Below are positions 1-9,416 of a DNA stretch of 64,000 bases, one piece after another; positions within the stretch are counted from its first letter, which is position 1, and the number at the start of each line of letters is the position of its first letter. The stretch is from an uncultured Bacteroidota bacterium (GTDB lineage: Bacteria > Bacteroidota > Bacteroidia > Chitinophagales > Chitinophagaceae): the NCBI GenBank assembly GCA_903927975.1, contig CAIYPC010000520.1, forward strand, positions 8,588 through 72,587. The letters are read 5' to 3'. The position numbers and the translations under genes were made by a program. The notes under the pieces are model-generated. The model saw only the letters and a list, made by a program, of their open reading frames with translations. It had not been told where the DNA came from and ran no database searches.

Positions 1-656
1 TTTGCATCAGTGGTTACCGTATTACTACCAATTATGGTTCCTGTTCCACTTACAATTGTAAATGTAACCGTCGAGTCAGCTATTGCATTTCCATTATCGT
101 CGGTAATATGAGCCTTTAAGCTATTTGTTGCGGTACCGTTTGCTATTGCTCCGGTTGTAACAACAGTCAGCAAGCTGGCAACAGGATCTGGAGCATCGGG
201 AATGAAAACAACCTGTGCGGGGCTACCAAAAACAATTGGCAAGCCAATTACTTTAGCAGTTATGCTTGCTATGCCCGCTATTGTGCTTGTCAGCGTAATA
301 ACAGCATATCCATTTGCATCAGTGTTAGCGCCTACCCCACCAGAAGCTCCATTTATTGTGAAAACTACCTGTTGATTTGTTACTGGGTTTCCCAATATGT
401 CCACAACGTGCGCCTCTACACTATTTGTTGCAGATCCATTTGCAACGGCACTATCCGTTATGATGATAAGCTTTGTGTTGGGGTTTGTAACGTCAGGAAT
501 TCCTGCAAAAGTTTCATGATGAAATGCTTTGTTTGGAGAGGCAATGCTTTGTTTAGAAAGGCCCAGAACAAACAAAAATATTCCCAGTAGCAAAGCGTAA
601 AAATTTACGTGCAGCAGCGGGCGCATTAGTTTTGATAAAAATTTTTTATTGGGCAT
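1..656 (-). CDS. Invasin/intimin-like Ig-repeat (Big_1) surface protein, N-terminal part; runs off the left edge of the window
   Basis: Not in the ORF track; translated by hand from ATG at 656: MPNKKFLSKLMRPLLHVNFYALLLGIFLFVLGLSKQSIA (signal-like) then DSAVANGSATNSVEAHVVDILGNPVTNQQVVFTI and a second repeat AIANGTATNSLKAHITDDNGNAIADSTVTFTI, which match the Big_1 pattern. Confidence 0.8.
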   Translation of the reverse strand, partial: MPNKKFLSKLMRPLLHVNFYALLLGIFLFVLGLSKQSIASPNKAFHHETFAGIPDVTNPNTKLIIITDSAVANGSATNSVEAHVVDILGNPVTNQQVVFTINGASGGVGANTDANGYAVITLTSTIAGIASITAKVIGLPIVFGSPAQVVFIPDAPDPVASLLTVVTTGAIANGTATNSLKAHITDDNGNAIADSTVTFTIVSGTGTIIGSNTVTTDA

Positions 657-1309
657 AGAGAAAAACATTGGATACGGAAAATTGATTTGTCGCATATTTT
701 CTAATCATTATTCTGAGCACTCCACTAACAAATCCTAAAATAGATTCACAGACAATAAACAAGTGAAAAATAAATTTGCACAAGAGTATATTGATCGCTT
801 GTATCATCCGTAAATTGTTAGAAATCTTTGATGTTGATTGTTGTCTGGTTGACCTACAAAAAATAGCAGGCCATTGGAGGGTGTAGAGTGGGGGCTCATG
901 AAATGGATTTTAAAATTTTTTTGCTTTATTCATCAATTCTATCACACAATTTTTTAAAAACCCGTATGCGCATTGACTCTTAAAGCAAGGTTAAAGATAT
1001 ATTTTTTATAAAGACTTTAATAATAAACTGACATTTTTTTGATAATCGGGCCTTCGTTCTTTTTGTCGGGCGAAACTTTCACCATCAGTTCATTTTCAAA
1101 CATATATTAACTGATTTTGATCACTTTTAGTGTGTAAAAACCTAAAATTCAACAATAAATCTTAAATATAACCGATTACCCGAAAACGACAATTCTTACA
1201 AATAAACAAGGTTTTAATCGCTTTTCTGATAAAGAGTTATAAGCCCTTTCATGGGTTGCGTTCAAAAAACATTACTTTATTTACTCATTTGACTTCGTTT
1301 TTTTAAAAT

Positions 1310-1732
1310 TTGATTGGCGATGCATTATTTGCAGGAATCTTTTGTGCAAGCAACCAAACCGGGCTTCAGCCGCAAATGCAAAAAGAATTACACATCACCC
1401 AACTGATTTTTATTAATTCAGATACCATCGATATCAGCTTCCGGAATGATGAAAAAAAGTTTGATGTGGAAGGTGCTTATAATATCCGCTATCAATTGAT
1501 CAAAAAAAGAATTGATAAAGTGCATGTGAAAGATACGGGTGAAAGGCTAACGCAGCCCAATAAGATTGCGCTGATTTATTTCAACAGTAGGGACGCAAAA
1601 GAATATAAAGATTATATCCAATACTTGCAGGAACAAGATGTTTTTACAAATGAAATGGAAGAACTGGAACTGGAAGAGCTGCAGGGCGTAAACGGATTGA
1701 AAGCGCTGCGCGTTACAGTAAGTGCCGATTAA
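1310..1732 (+). CDS. Stand-alone fragment resembling the C-terminal domain of long Bacteroidota GAF-domain proteins; possibly a remnant
   Basis: Motifs IDISFRNDEKKFDVEGAYNIRYQLIKKRIDK, ERLTQPNKIALIY and ELEELQGVNGLKALRV are recalled from the C-terminus of much longer proteins; the upstream DNA is AT-rich with no ORF in the track. Confidence 0.55.
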   Translation: MIGDALFAGIFCASNQTGLQPQMQKELHITQLIFINSDTIDISFRNDEKKFDVEGAYNIRYQLIKKRIDKVHVKDTGERLTQPNKIALIYFNSRDAKEYKDYIQYLQEQDVFTNEMEELELEELQGVNGLKALRVTVSAD

Positions 1733-1825
1733 AATAAAAATTTGAAAGCAGGAAAAAATATAGATTAAAAAAACAGATTTTATTTAGCACCCTTGTTTTT
1801 ATCTTTTTAATTCACAAAAATCTCA

Positions 1826-4000
1826 TCAACAAAAAAGCCAGCCCATATCCTCTTCTTTTTTTCTTGGTTTTTTGTCTTTAGGGTCTGGAGGTTTAATAAA
1901 CTGTGGTGGAAGTTTCCCCATTGGCTCAACGATTACTTTCACGAATTTCAAATCAGTTGGTTTGAACTTACAATCATAAGAAATCAGGTAATTTGATTTT
2001 CTCAGGGTGTCTTGTGTTGGGGACACTTGATAAAGCAATCTCAAATTTTTAGAATCAGTTCCGCCCATAATACGAATGCTTTTAGGCTTGAACGCCAACG
2101 AACCAACATCCACCAATGAACTCACTGAAATATTTTGAGCCATTACAGGTTTTTTAAAAACAAGCATACACTCCAGATTTTCTTTTCTGAAGCCAATCCA
2201 TTTTCCATCTCCAAAATCTGTATTTCCTTTCACCAAATCATTTAATGTTTTTCCTCCTTTGCCTTTAAAAAGCGAATCTGTTGGTTTTAGAAGGATAACT
2301 GTATCAGCTTTATACTTGGCCTTATAAAATTGAAACATTACCACATCGCTTCCATGCCAGCCTTCCTTAAATGCTCTTGCTTTCATGATCGCAGTAGTGT
2401 CGATAAATGTTTTATTGCTATAAACAAATGAGTGGATGCTGTCTGGCTCAGTACTGTCTAATGTATATCTTATCGATATTCCCGGCACATAATGTTTCAG
2501 CTTTAACTGCATCGGCGTGTCGCTGATAACCTGCGCATCATTTTGAATAATCGGAGGATTTATTTTCAAGAACATTGTATCTGTTCGCATGCCCGTTTCA
2601 ACATCCAGTGCAGGATATCTTTTTCTTATTGCCTCTGCATCCGCAACACTCACCTCGCTGTTCCATATAAAAACATGGCGAAGCTCTTTAAGCGAAGCAA
2701 GTTTTTGTATATCATCTTTTTTTACTGATGTGTTTGCAAGAGAAATATTTCTTAGATGATTTAAAGAAGCCAGAGATGACAATCCAGCGCCTGTGACCTT
2801 GCTGAAAGAAATATTAAGATTGCGAAGACTGGTCAATTGCCCGATTATCTGCAGATCATTGTCTGTAACTGGCATTTTATCAAGGTTCAAAGAAACAAGC
2901 TGTTTTTTTATCTCGATCAAATCTTTTAACTGATCCGATTTATAAAAAGATGCACCATAAAAATCAACAGCAATTGCCGGAGAATTTTTTGCGATAGGAT
3001 AGACGGAACGATAATTTGTATTTAATTTCTGAATGGTTTTTTCGCTCGCTGCACTAAAATCATAATTCTCTTGCTCGTCTGAAGAAGACTTGAAAATATT
3101 TTCTGCAATTGATCGAAGTGTATCGGTCGGCTCCAGTTCAGTCACCTTCAATTTGAAATTAGCTCCGCGTCTTATCCAGTTATACAAAATAGCCATTTCC
3201 TGCTCTGTCATCTGTGGCTTTCCGCTTGGCGGCATGTGTTTTTTTTCTTCTTCCGGCAAATGGATGCGCTGCAATATCAGGCTCATATTTGCATCGGTCG
3301 TATCCCACAATGCTCCATTTTTTCCGCCCTTCATCAACAGTTGCTGGGTTTCCATTACCAATTCACCCTTTGCTTTTTTGCTATTGTGGCAGCTCATGCA
3401 CTTCGCTTCCAGTATGGGTTTCACCATATCAGTATAAATAACAGCTTCATCGAGAGAAACTTTTTTGTCGCTATTTCCAGCAATGGGGGCAAGCAAAAAA
3501 TTATCTCCGTGGGTAATGCTTGCACCCTGATGCCCTGCAATGATCCATATAAAAGTGCTCAGCAAACTTGATACAGCTAATGAAATTTTTGTTTTATTGA
3601 CTTGCTCATAAAAAATATACCATACAAAAGTCAGTAAAGAAATCAATGCTCCACTCCACTTATGCAAGGTCAATGAATCTTCATTATAGCTCGGCTCTTT
3701 AGATAGAAATACGCCCATCAATGCAGTGAGCGATGCAGTGAATGCAGTGGTGAGCAATAACCATTTGCTGATATCCTGAAATAATTCGGGAGAATGAAAT
3801 TGTTTTTTCGGCGCGAGCCATACCCAACAAATGAACAATGCAAACAGCACTATTGGAAAATGAAGAAACAACGGATGGGCACGGCCCAAAACCTGAAGCA
3901 ATGAAGGAACGTAAAGCCTTCCATAAAAAATTAACAGAAAGCAAAGCAGACAGTTTGCAAAAATTGTGGCACTGAATAAAATATTTTTCAATCTAATCAT
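1826..4000 (-). CDS. DUF2231-like membrane domain + planctomycete cytochrome c (PSCyt1) + LRR + FN3/CHB_HEX-like C-terminal domains
   Basis: N-terminal TM helices with GRAHPLFLHFP; heme motif CMSCH and MPPSGKPQ; LRR-like LxxLxLxxxxV repeats; IRYTLDSTEP motif; the last residues appear frameshifted (see findings). Confidence 0.8.
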   Translation of the reverse strand: MIRLKNILFSATIFANCLLCFLLIFYGRLYVPSLLQVLGRAHPLFLHFPIVLFALFICWVWLAPKKQFHSPELFQDISKWLLLTTAFTASLTALMGVFLSKEPSYNEDSLTLHKWSGALISLLTFVWYIFYEQVNKTKISLAVSSLLSTFIWIIAGHQGASITHGDNFLLAPIAGNSDKKVSLDEAVIYTDMVKPILEAKCMSCHNSKKAKGELVMETQQLLMKGGKNGALWDTTDANMSLILQRIHLPEEEKKHMPPSGKPQMTEQEMAILYNWIRRGANFKLKVTELEPTDTLRSIAENIFKSSSDEQENYDFSAASEKTIQKLNTNYRSVYPIAKNSPAIAVDFYGASFYKSDQLKDLIEIKKQLVSLNLDKMPVTDNDLQIIGQLTSLRNLNISFSKVTGAGLSSLASLNHLRNISLANTSVKKDDIQKLASLKELRHVFIWNSEVSVADAEAIRKRYPALDVETGMRTDTMFLKINPPIIQNDAQVISDTPMQLKLKHYVPGISIRYTLDSTEPDSIHSFVYSNKTFIDTTAIMKARAFKEGWHGSDVVMFQFYKAKYKADTVILLKPTDSLFKGKGGKTLNDLVKGNTDFGDGKWIGFRKENLECMLVFKKPVMAQNISVSSLVDVGSLAFKPKSIRIMGGTDSKNLRLLYQVSPTQDTLRKSNYLISYDCKFKPTDLKFVKVIVEPMGKLPPQFIKPPDPKDKKPRKKEEDMGWLFC

Positions 4001-4018
4001 CTATGGCAAGGTGTAGGA

Positions 4019-4100
4019 GTGAATGGTGAATGGTCAATAGTGAATTGTGAGTGATGAATAATAAGTTGTCCTTATTGACAATTCACTATTCACCATTCAC
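4019..4100. repeat. Inverted pair of heptamer tandem arrays
   Basis: gtgaatg gtgaatg gtcaata gtgaatt gtga ... tgacaat tcactat tcaccat tcac; arms 4026-4050 and 4076-4100 pair at 23/25. Confidence 0.8.
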
Positions 4101-5137
4101 TACACCACTGGTTCTAATTTGTATGGATAAACATGACCTGAATTCCATTGGGCCACATACATGTTTTGATCATCGTCAATGCAAACATCATGTGGATATT
4201 GAAATGCTTTCACGGTTTGATGCATTTCTTCAGGAATGCTTCCGGAATAAGTTGGATCATTTCCCGCAAGGTTTGAAACTACTTTAAAATTTTTATCAAG
4301 TATGGTAACGAAGCCAGATGGTTCATCTGCATGAGAACTACTTTTCAAAACCGCGCTGTATAAATAATCGCCATTTATTACCGGTCTGCAAACCCAAGCA
4401 CCGGGAAGTGATATAGTATTGATGAATTTGCCATCGAGTGTAAAACGCTTGAACGCATTTTGCTGGCGCGATGTAATGATGAGCGTTGGATTATTTTTTT
4501 CTCTGTGATCAACACAAATGCCGTGTGCATTCAATAAATTTTCTTCCTTATCTCCTCTTCCACCAAAATGGCGGATATAATTTCCTTTGTAATCATATTG
4601 AATGATAAAATCTTTTCCATAGCCATCTGCAACATAAATATCGCCATTGGCTGTTATCGCAGTTTCAGTCGGAACGTATTCATCGGCCTTTATGTATTGA
4701 CCAGTTTCTTTCGGATAATCCAATGTCATCAACACTTTTCCATCAAGCGTTGTTTTAATAACCTGATGGCGGTTGTTATCACAAATGAACAATACCTCAT
4801 GACCATTTTCATTGAACAGAGTAAGACCATGCGCACCAGGATATTCATGACCCCATGTGTTCACAAGCTTTCCTTTTTTATCGTAGAAGATGACGTTGTT
4901 TTTTGTTTCGTTCGTCAACAAAATAATTCTGCCTTTGCTATCCTGCACCATTTCATGGCAATCTTTCACTGGATACTTTGCAACATCCAACTGGCTCCAT
5001 GCAGTGTTGATGCGATATTTTTTATTATTATGCCCAAGAATGATATCATCTTTTTTTGTTGAGCTGAACAAAGAAGGCAGATAAAGAAAACCAGAAGTTG
5101 CCAATGATGTTTGCTGAACGAATTTTCTACGGTTCAT
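4100..5137 (-). CDS. Tat-exported NHL-repeat 6-bladed beta-propeller (PAL/peptidylglycine amidating lyase-like)
   Basis: MNRRKFVQQ Tat signal; NHL repeats GDIYVADGYG, LNAHGICVD, FQYPHDVCIDDDQNMYVAQW. Confidence 0.8.
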   Translation of the reverse strand: MNRRKFVQQTSLATSGFLYLPSLFSSTKKDDIILGHNNKKYRINTAWSQLDVAKYPVKDCHEMVQDSKGRIILLTNETKNNVIFYDKKGKLVNTWGHEYPGAHGLTLFNENGHEVLFICDNNRHQVIKTTLDGKVLMTLDYPKETGQYIKADEYVPTETAITANGDIYVADGYGKDFIIQYDYKGNYIRHFGGRGDKEENLLNAHGICVDHREKNNPTLIITSRQQNAFKRFTLDGKFINTISLPGAWVCRPVINGDYLYSAVLKSSSHADEPSGFVTILDKNFKVVSNLAGNDPTYSGSIPEEMHQTVKAFQYPHDVCIDDDQNMYVAQWNSGHVYPYKLEPVV

Positions 5138-5171
5138 TTTATAATAATTATTAGGAAGGAGAAATTATATT

Positions 5172-6620
5172 TTAAGCAATTAATCCATTTACCACTTTGC
5201 CTGCAACGTCAGTGAGCCGATAGCGGCGTCCCTGATGTTTGAACGTGAGTTTTTCATGATCCAATCCCATCAGATAAAGAATCGTTGCATGGAAATCGTG
5301 AACATGCACAGGGTTCTTCGCAATATTATAACCGAAGTCATCTGTTTCGCCATATACGCCGGGCTTCACGCCGCCACCAGCCATCCAAACAGTGAAACAA
5401 CGTGGATGATGATCGCGTCCATAATTATCAACTAACAGTTTTCCCTGACAATAATTTGTTCTACCAAATTCGCCACCCCAAATCACCAACGTTTCATCGA
5501 GCAACCCTCTTTGTTTAAGATCGGTGATCAAAGCTGCAGATGACTGATCAACATCTTTGCTTTGCCATTTTATTTGATTCGGCAAATCGCCGTGAGTATC
5601 CCAACCCTGATGATATAATTGAACAAAGCGCACACCGCTCTCTGATAATTTTCTAGCCAGCAAACAGTTTGCAGCAAAAGTGCCTGGCACCAAACACTCA
5701 GGACCATATAATTTTACGGTGTCCTCAGGTTCTTTTGACACATCGGTAATTTCAGGCACTATGGTTTGCATACGGTATGCCATTTCATATTGCTGAATTT
5801 TTGTGGCAATCTCAGGATCACCAAATTCTTTATATGAATCTTCATTGAGTTCCGCAAGCTTATCAATCATCTTTCTTCTATCCTGCCTTGTCATTGATTC
5901 TGGATCGTTCAAATACAAAACAGGGTTTTCACCACTGCTAAATTGCACGCCTTGATAAACAGAATCAAGAAACCCATTCGACCACAATTTTGAATAAACG
6001 CCTTGCCCGTTTCCTTTTCCTTTTGAAAGAAGCACACAAAAAGATGGCAAATTTTTATTTTCGCTGCCAAGGCCATAGCTTAGCCAAGAGCCCATGCTCG
6101 GGCGATTTCCCTGCTGTGCGCCTGTCTGAAAAAAAGTGAGCGCGGGATCATGGTTGATTGCTTCGGTGTATATGCTTTTTACAAAACAAATATCATCTAC
6201 CACTTTTGATGTATAAGGCAAAAGTTCGCTTAACCATGCCCGTGACTGACCATATTGGTTGAATTTAAAATAGGTTCCTGCCAATGGAAATTTTGTCTGA
6301 TCAGCAGTCATTCCAGTAAGCCGCTGAGTACCTCGAACGGATGGCGGCAAATCTTCACCTTGCATTTTTTGCAGCAAGGGCTTATAATCAAACAAATCAA
6401 GCTGGGAAGGTGCACCATTTTGAAATAAATAAATAATCCGTTTTGCACGAGGTGCGAAATGTGGCATTCCAATTATAGGAGATTCTTCTTCACTGCTACC
6501 TTTAAATAAATCAGGTATCAACAGCGAGCCAAGTGCAACGCTTCCCAAGCCGAGGCTCATTCTTGACAAAAACTTACGCCTGTTGATCTGAAGGCTGTGC
6601 TCAAGTATTTCTTTTTCCAT
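5172..6620 (-). CDS. DUF1501 family protein (alkaline-phosphatase/sulfatase-like fold), copy 1
   Basis: RRKFL Tat motif; AKRIIYLFQNGAPSQLDLFDYKP, GWDTHG, WGGEFGRT, GRDHH, RLTDVAG. Confidence 0.9.
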   Translation of the reverse strand: MEKEILEHSLQINRRKFLSRMSLGLGSVALGSLLIPDLFKGSSEEESPIIGMPHFAPRAKRIIYLFQNGAPSQLDLFDYKPLLQKMQGEDLPPSVRGTQRLTGMTADQTKFPLAGTYFKFNQYGQSRAWLSELLPYTSKVVDDICFVKSIYTEAINHDPALTFFQTGAQQGNRPSMGSWLSYGLGSENKNLPSFCVLLSKGKGNGQGVYSKLWSNGFLDSVYQGVQFSSGENPVLYLNDPESMTRQDRRKMIDKLAELNEDSYKEFGDPEIATKIQQYEMAYRMQTIVPEITDVSKEPEDTVKLYGPECLVPGTFAANCLLARKLSESGVRFVQLYHQGWDTHGDLPNQIKWQSKDVDQSSAALITDLKQRGLLDETLVIWGGEFGRTNYCQGKLLVDNYGRDHHPRCFTVWMAGGGVKPGVYGETDDFGYNIAKNPVHVHDFHATILYLMGLDHEKLTFKHQGRRYRLTDVAGKVVNGLIA

Positions 6621-6637
6621 TTGCTTAAAATTTTAAA

Positions 6638-6713
6638 GTGAATGGTCAATTGGGAATGGTGAAAAAAGCTCTCTTAAATTGCCTATTCACAACTCAGAAC
6701 TCACAACTCACCA
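6638..6713. repeat. Inverted pair of heptamer tandem arrays
   Basis: gtgaatg gtcaatt gggaatg gtgaaaa ... ttgccta ttcacaa ctcagaa ctcacaa ctcacca. Confidence 0.7.
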
Positions 6714-9035
6714 CTACGTTTTCGTAATCGTTTCTTCCAAATTATAAATGGTTGTTATTATTTTCATCAGTGCAGCCGTGCTCATAATGTCCGAATTTTT
6801 CATTGTAGAATATTCCCCTGCGTCCAATGTTTTATCTGCGTTCAATTTTTTTTGCTGGAACTCCTGCAACTGATCATTGTAATAATCCTGCAAAGTTTTT
6901 AATTCCTTGTCCGAAGGCTTTCTGCAAACAATCAAGCGAAATGCTTTTGTTATTTTTTCTGCTGATGAGCTTTGCTCGGCAGAAAGTTTCTGCGCCAACA
7001 CACGCGAAGCTTCAAGCACCGTTGGATCGTTCATCATTATCAATGCCTGCAAGGGTGTATTTGTTCTCGATCTTTTCACTTCGCATTGATCTCTGTTGCT
7101 CGCATCAAACATAACCATGGAGGGCGGAGGAACCGTTAGCTTGATAAATGTGTACATGCCGCGCCTATATAAGGAATCCCCATGATCTTGAATGTATGTG
7201 GCAAGTGTGCCGCGACCTGAAGTAGCACTTTCCCAAAGGCCGTGAGGCTGATATGGTTTAACGCTCGCGCCTCCTATTTTTTTGTTCAACAACCCACTGC
7301 TCGACAATACAATATCTCTAATAAACTCAGCCTGTAAGCGATTTCTTGGACCTCTTGATAAATAAATATTGTCCGGATCTTTGCTCTGTTTATCGGGAGT
7401 TGTTTTTGCGGATTGTCTATAAGTTGCAGACATTACAATTTGCTTCATTAATCTTTTTATGTCCCAACCATGATCCATAAAATCCACGGCCAGCCAATCG
7501 AGCAATTCTGGATGTGTTGGCAAATCGCCCTGCTTACCAAAGTCGCTGGATGATTTTACAATGCCCCTGCCAAAAATTTCCTGCCACATCTGATTTACAA
7601 AAACCCTTGCCGTAAGTGGGTTATTTTTGTTCACCGTCCATGCAGCTAAGCCCAGCCTATTACGTGGCAATTGTGTGGTATCGTATTTCATCACAGCAGG
7701 TAAGGAATGTGCTTGAACTTCTTTTCCATGCTGGTCATACACCCCGCGATTAAGTACATAGCTTTTTCGGGGAGTATCCAATTCGCCCATTACAGATACC
7801 ATCACCCTGGCAGTGTCTTTTGTATTGATATAAGACATCAAAAAATGCCTATCGGAATCTGTTATAGCTAACCTAGGTGTTTTGGATGGTCCAGATCCAA
7901 CAAGGCCTTCCAATCCTAGTTCTTTACTATTATTAAAAAATGCAAACAATGAATAATAATCCTTTTGCGAAAATGGATCATATTTGTGGTCATGGCATTG
8001 GGCACACTCGATGGTGACACCGATAATTCCCCTGCCGTATGTTTTGGTTTTATCAATACTGTACTCTACCCTATACTCTTCAGGTATTACGCCGCCCTCT
8101 TCTGTTATTTTATGGTTTCTAAGAAAGGCGGTTGCTAATGCTTGTTCTTTGGTTGCATTTGGCAACATATCGCCTGCCAATTGCCAAGTAATAAATTTAT
8201 CATAAGGCATGTTTTCGTTAAATGCATGAATAACCCAATCTCTCCAAGGCCATTGTGTGCGAATATCATCATCTTGATAGCCATAACTATCTGCATAACG
8301 TGCAACATCCAACCAATGCAAAGCCATCTTTTCACCATATTGCGGCGTTGCCATCAATTGATCCACCATTTTTTCATACGCCCCATCGCTGTTGTCTTTT
8401 AAAAAATTATCCATCATTTCTAATGTGGGGGGCAAACCGGTAATATCAAGACAAACTCTTTTTAGCACGCGCTCTTTGTCGGCCTGTTCGTTGGGAGCAA
8501 GTCCTTGTTGCCCCATTTTATCAAGAATGAAATTATCAATTTCATTCTTAGGCCATGAAGTATTGGCAACAGAAGGCGGAGTCGTTTTTGCAGGCGGTAC
8601 AAAAGCCCAATGTTTTTCATATTTGGCACCTTGCTCAATCCATTTCTCGAACATCTTCTTTTCACGATCAGTGAGCATGCCCAGATGAGCATCAGGCGGC
8701 GGCATCATGAATGTGATATCGGTGGAATTTATTCTCTTCAACAGTTCAGACTGACCGGGTTTTCCGGGAACGATGGCATGAGCTCCCTTCGTTTCAGTGA
8801 GTGCTGCATAAGCACTATCGGCAATGTCTAACCGAAGATGGGCTTCGCGATGAGCTGCATCAGGTCCATGGCACTTGAAACATTTATCTGATAAGATGGG
8901 CATGATATTAAAATTGAAGCTCACTTTATCAGGCAGCTTTTCTGAATGCACGCTTTTGTCGTTGTGCAGACAGGAAGAAGTGATAAGAACGGCTCCAAAA
9001 ATAATCGCTATTATGGCAAGACTTTTAACTGACAT
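6714..9035 (-). CDS. PSCyt1-PSCyt2(DUF1549)-PSD1(DUF1553) c-type cytochrome lipoprotein, copy 1
   Basis: Lipobox-like ITSSC; heme motifs CFKCH and CAQCH; WLDVARYADSYG, NPLTARVFVNQMWQEIFGRGIV, TNTPLQAL. Confidence 0.9.
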   Translation of the reverse strand: MSVKSLAIIAIIFGAVLITSSCLHNDKSVHSEKLPDKVSFNFNIMPILSDKCFKCHGPDAAHREAHLRLDIADSAYAALTETKGAHAIVPGKPGQSELLKRINSTDITFMMPPPDAHLGMLTDREKKMFEKWIEQGAKYEKHWAFVPPAKTTPPSVANTSWPKNEIDNFILDKMGQQGLAPNEQADKERVLKRVCLDITGLPPTLEMMDNFLKDNSDGAYEKMVDQLMATPQYGEKMALHWLDVARYADSYGYQDDDIRTQWPWRDWVIHAFNENMPYDKFITWQLAGDMLPNATKEQALATAFLRNHKITEEGGVIPEEYRVEYSIDKTKTYGRGIIGVTIECAQCHDHKYDPFSQKDYYSLFAFFNNSKELGLEGLVGSGPSKTPRLAITDSDRHFLMSYINTKDTARVMVSVMGELDTPRKSYVLNRGVYDQHGKEVQAHSLPAVMKYDTTQLPRNRLGLAAWTVNKNNPLTARVFVNQMWQEIFGRGIVKSSSDFGKQGDLPTHPELLDWLAVDFMDHGWDIKRLMKQIVMSATYRQSAKTTPDKQSKDPDNIYLSRGPRNRLQAEFIRDIVLSSSGLLNKKIGGASVKPYQPHGLWESATSGRGTLATYIQDHGDSLYRRGMYTFIKLTVPPPSMVMFDASNRDQCEVKRSRTNTPLQALIMMNDPTVLEASRVLAQKLSAEQSSSAEKITKAFRLIVCRKPSDKELKTLQDYYNDQLQEFQQKKLNADKTLDAGEYSTMKNSDIMSTAALMKIITTIYNLEETITKT

Positions 9036-9215
9036 CGGCGTATAAATATAAACAAAAATTCAGTTTATGCATTTTCACTCTGTAACCCTAGTTTCATGAT
9101 GAAGCATTTCATTATAGAAAACCGTGTTCCACTGCAAGAATACAATTAGCAAAGTACTAATGAATTATTACAAAAAAATTGCTAACAACGCAATCGTTTT
9201 CGTAACCTTTAAAAA

Positions 9216-9252
9216 TTAAAACCAGACAAGCTCGAAACCTGTCTGGTTTTAA
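9216..9252. terminator. 13-bp perfect inverted repeat; terminator or REP-like element downstream of the efflux/PepSY operon
   Basis: ttaaaaccagaca (9216-9228) pairs with tgtctggttttaa (9240-9252); 11-nt loop. Confidence 0.55.
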
Positions 9253-9416
9253 TAAATAATATCTCACAATTGACTATTCACTACTCACAACTAATCATTA
9301 ACTGCAAAACTAAATACAAAAAATTTTAGGGCATCTCTAAAATCCAAATCCTATCAAACCAAATTTGATATCAAAAAAAATAACACGCAAAGATTTCAGA
9401 GACGCCCTCAATCAAA

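Noticed and set aside
372-590. 72-aa plus-strand ORF
   Set aside because: Antisense shadow of the Big_1 gene with no recognisable features.
803-898. 31-aa minus-strand mini-ORF (MSPHSTPSNG...) upstream of the adhesin gene
   Set aside because: No motif or conservation evidence; short ORFs of this size arise by chance. No riboswitch was recognised in 657-1309.
4019-6713. Heptamer arrays as CRISPR repeats
   Set aside because: No repeat-spacer structure and no cas genes.
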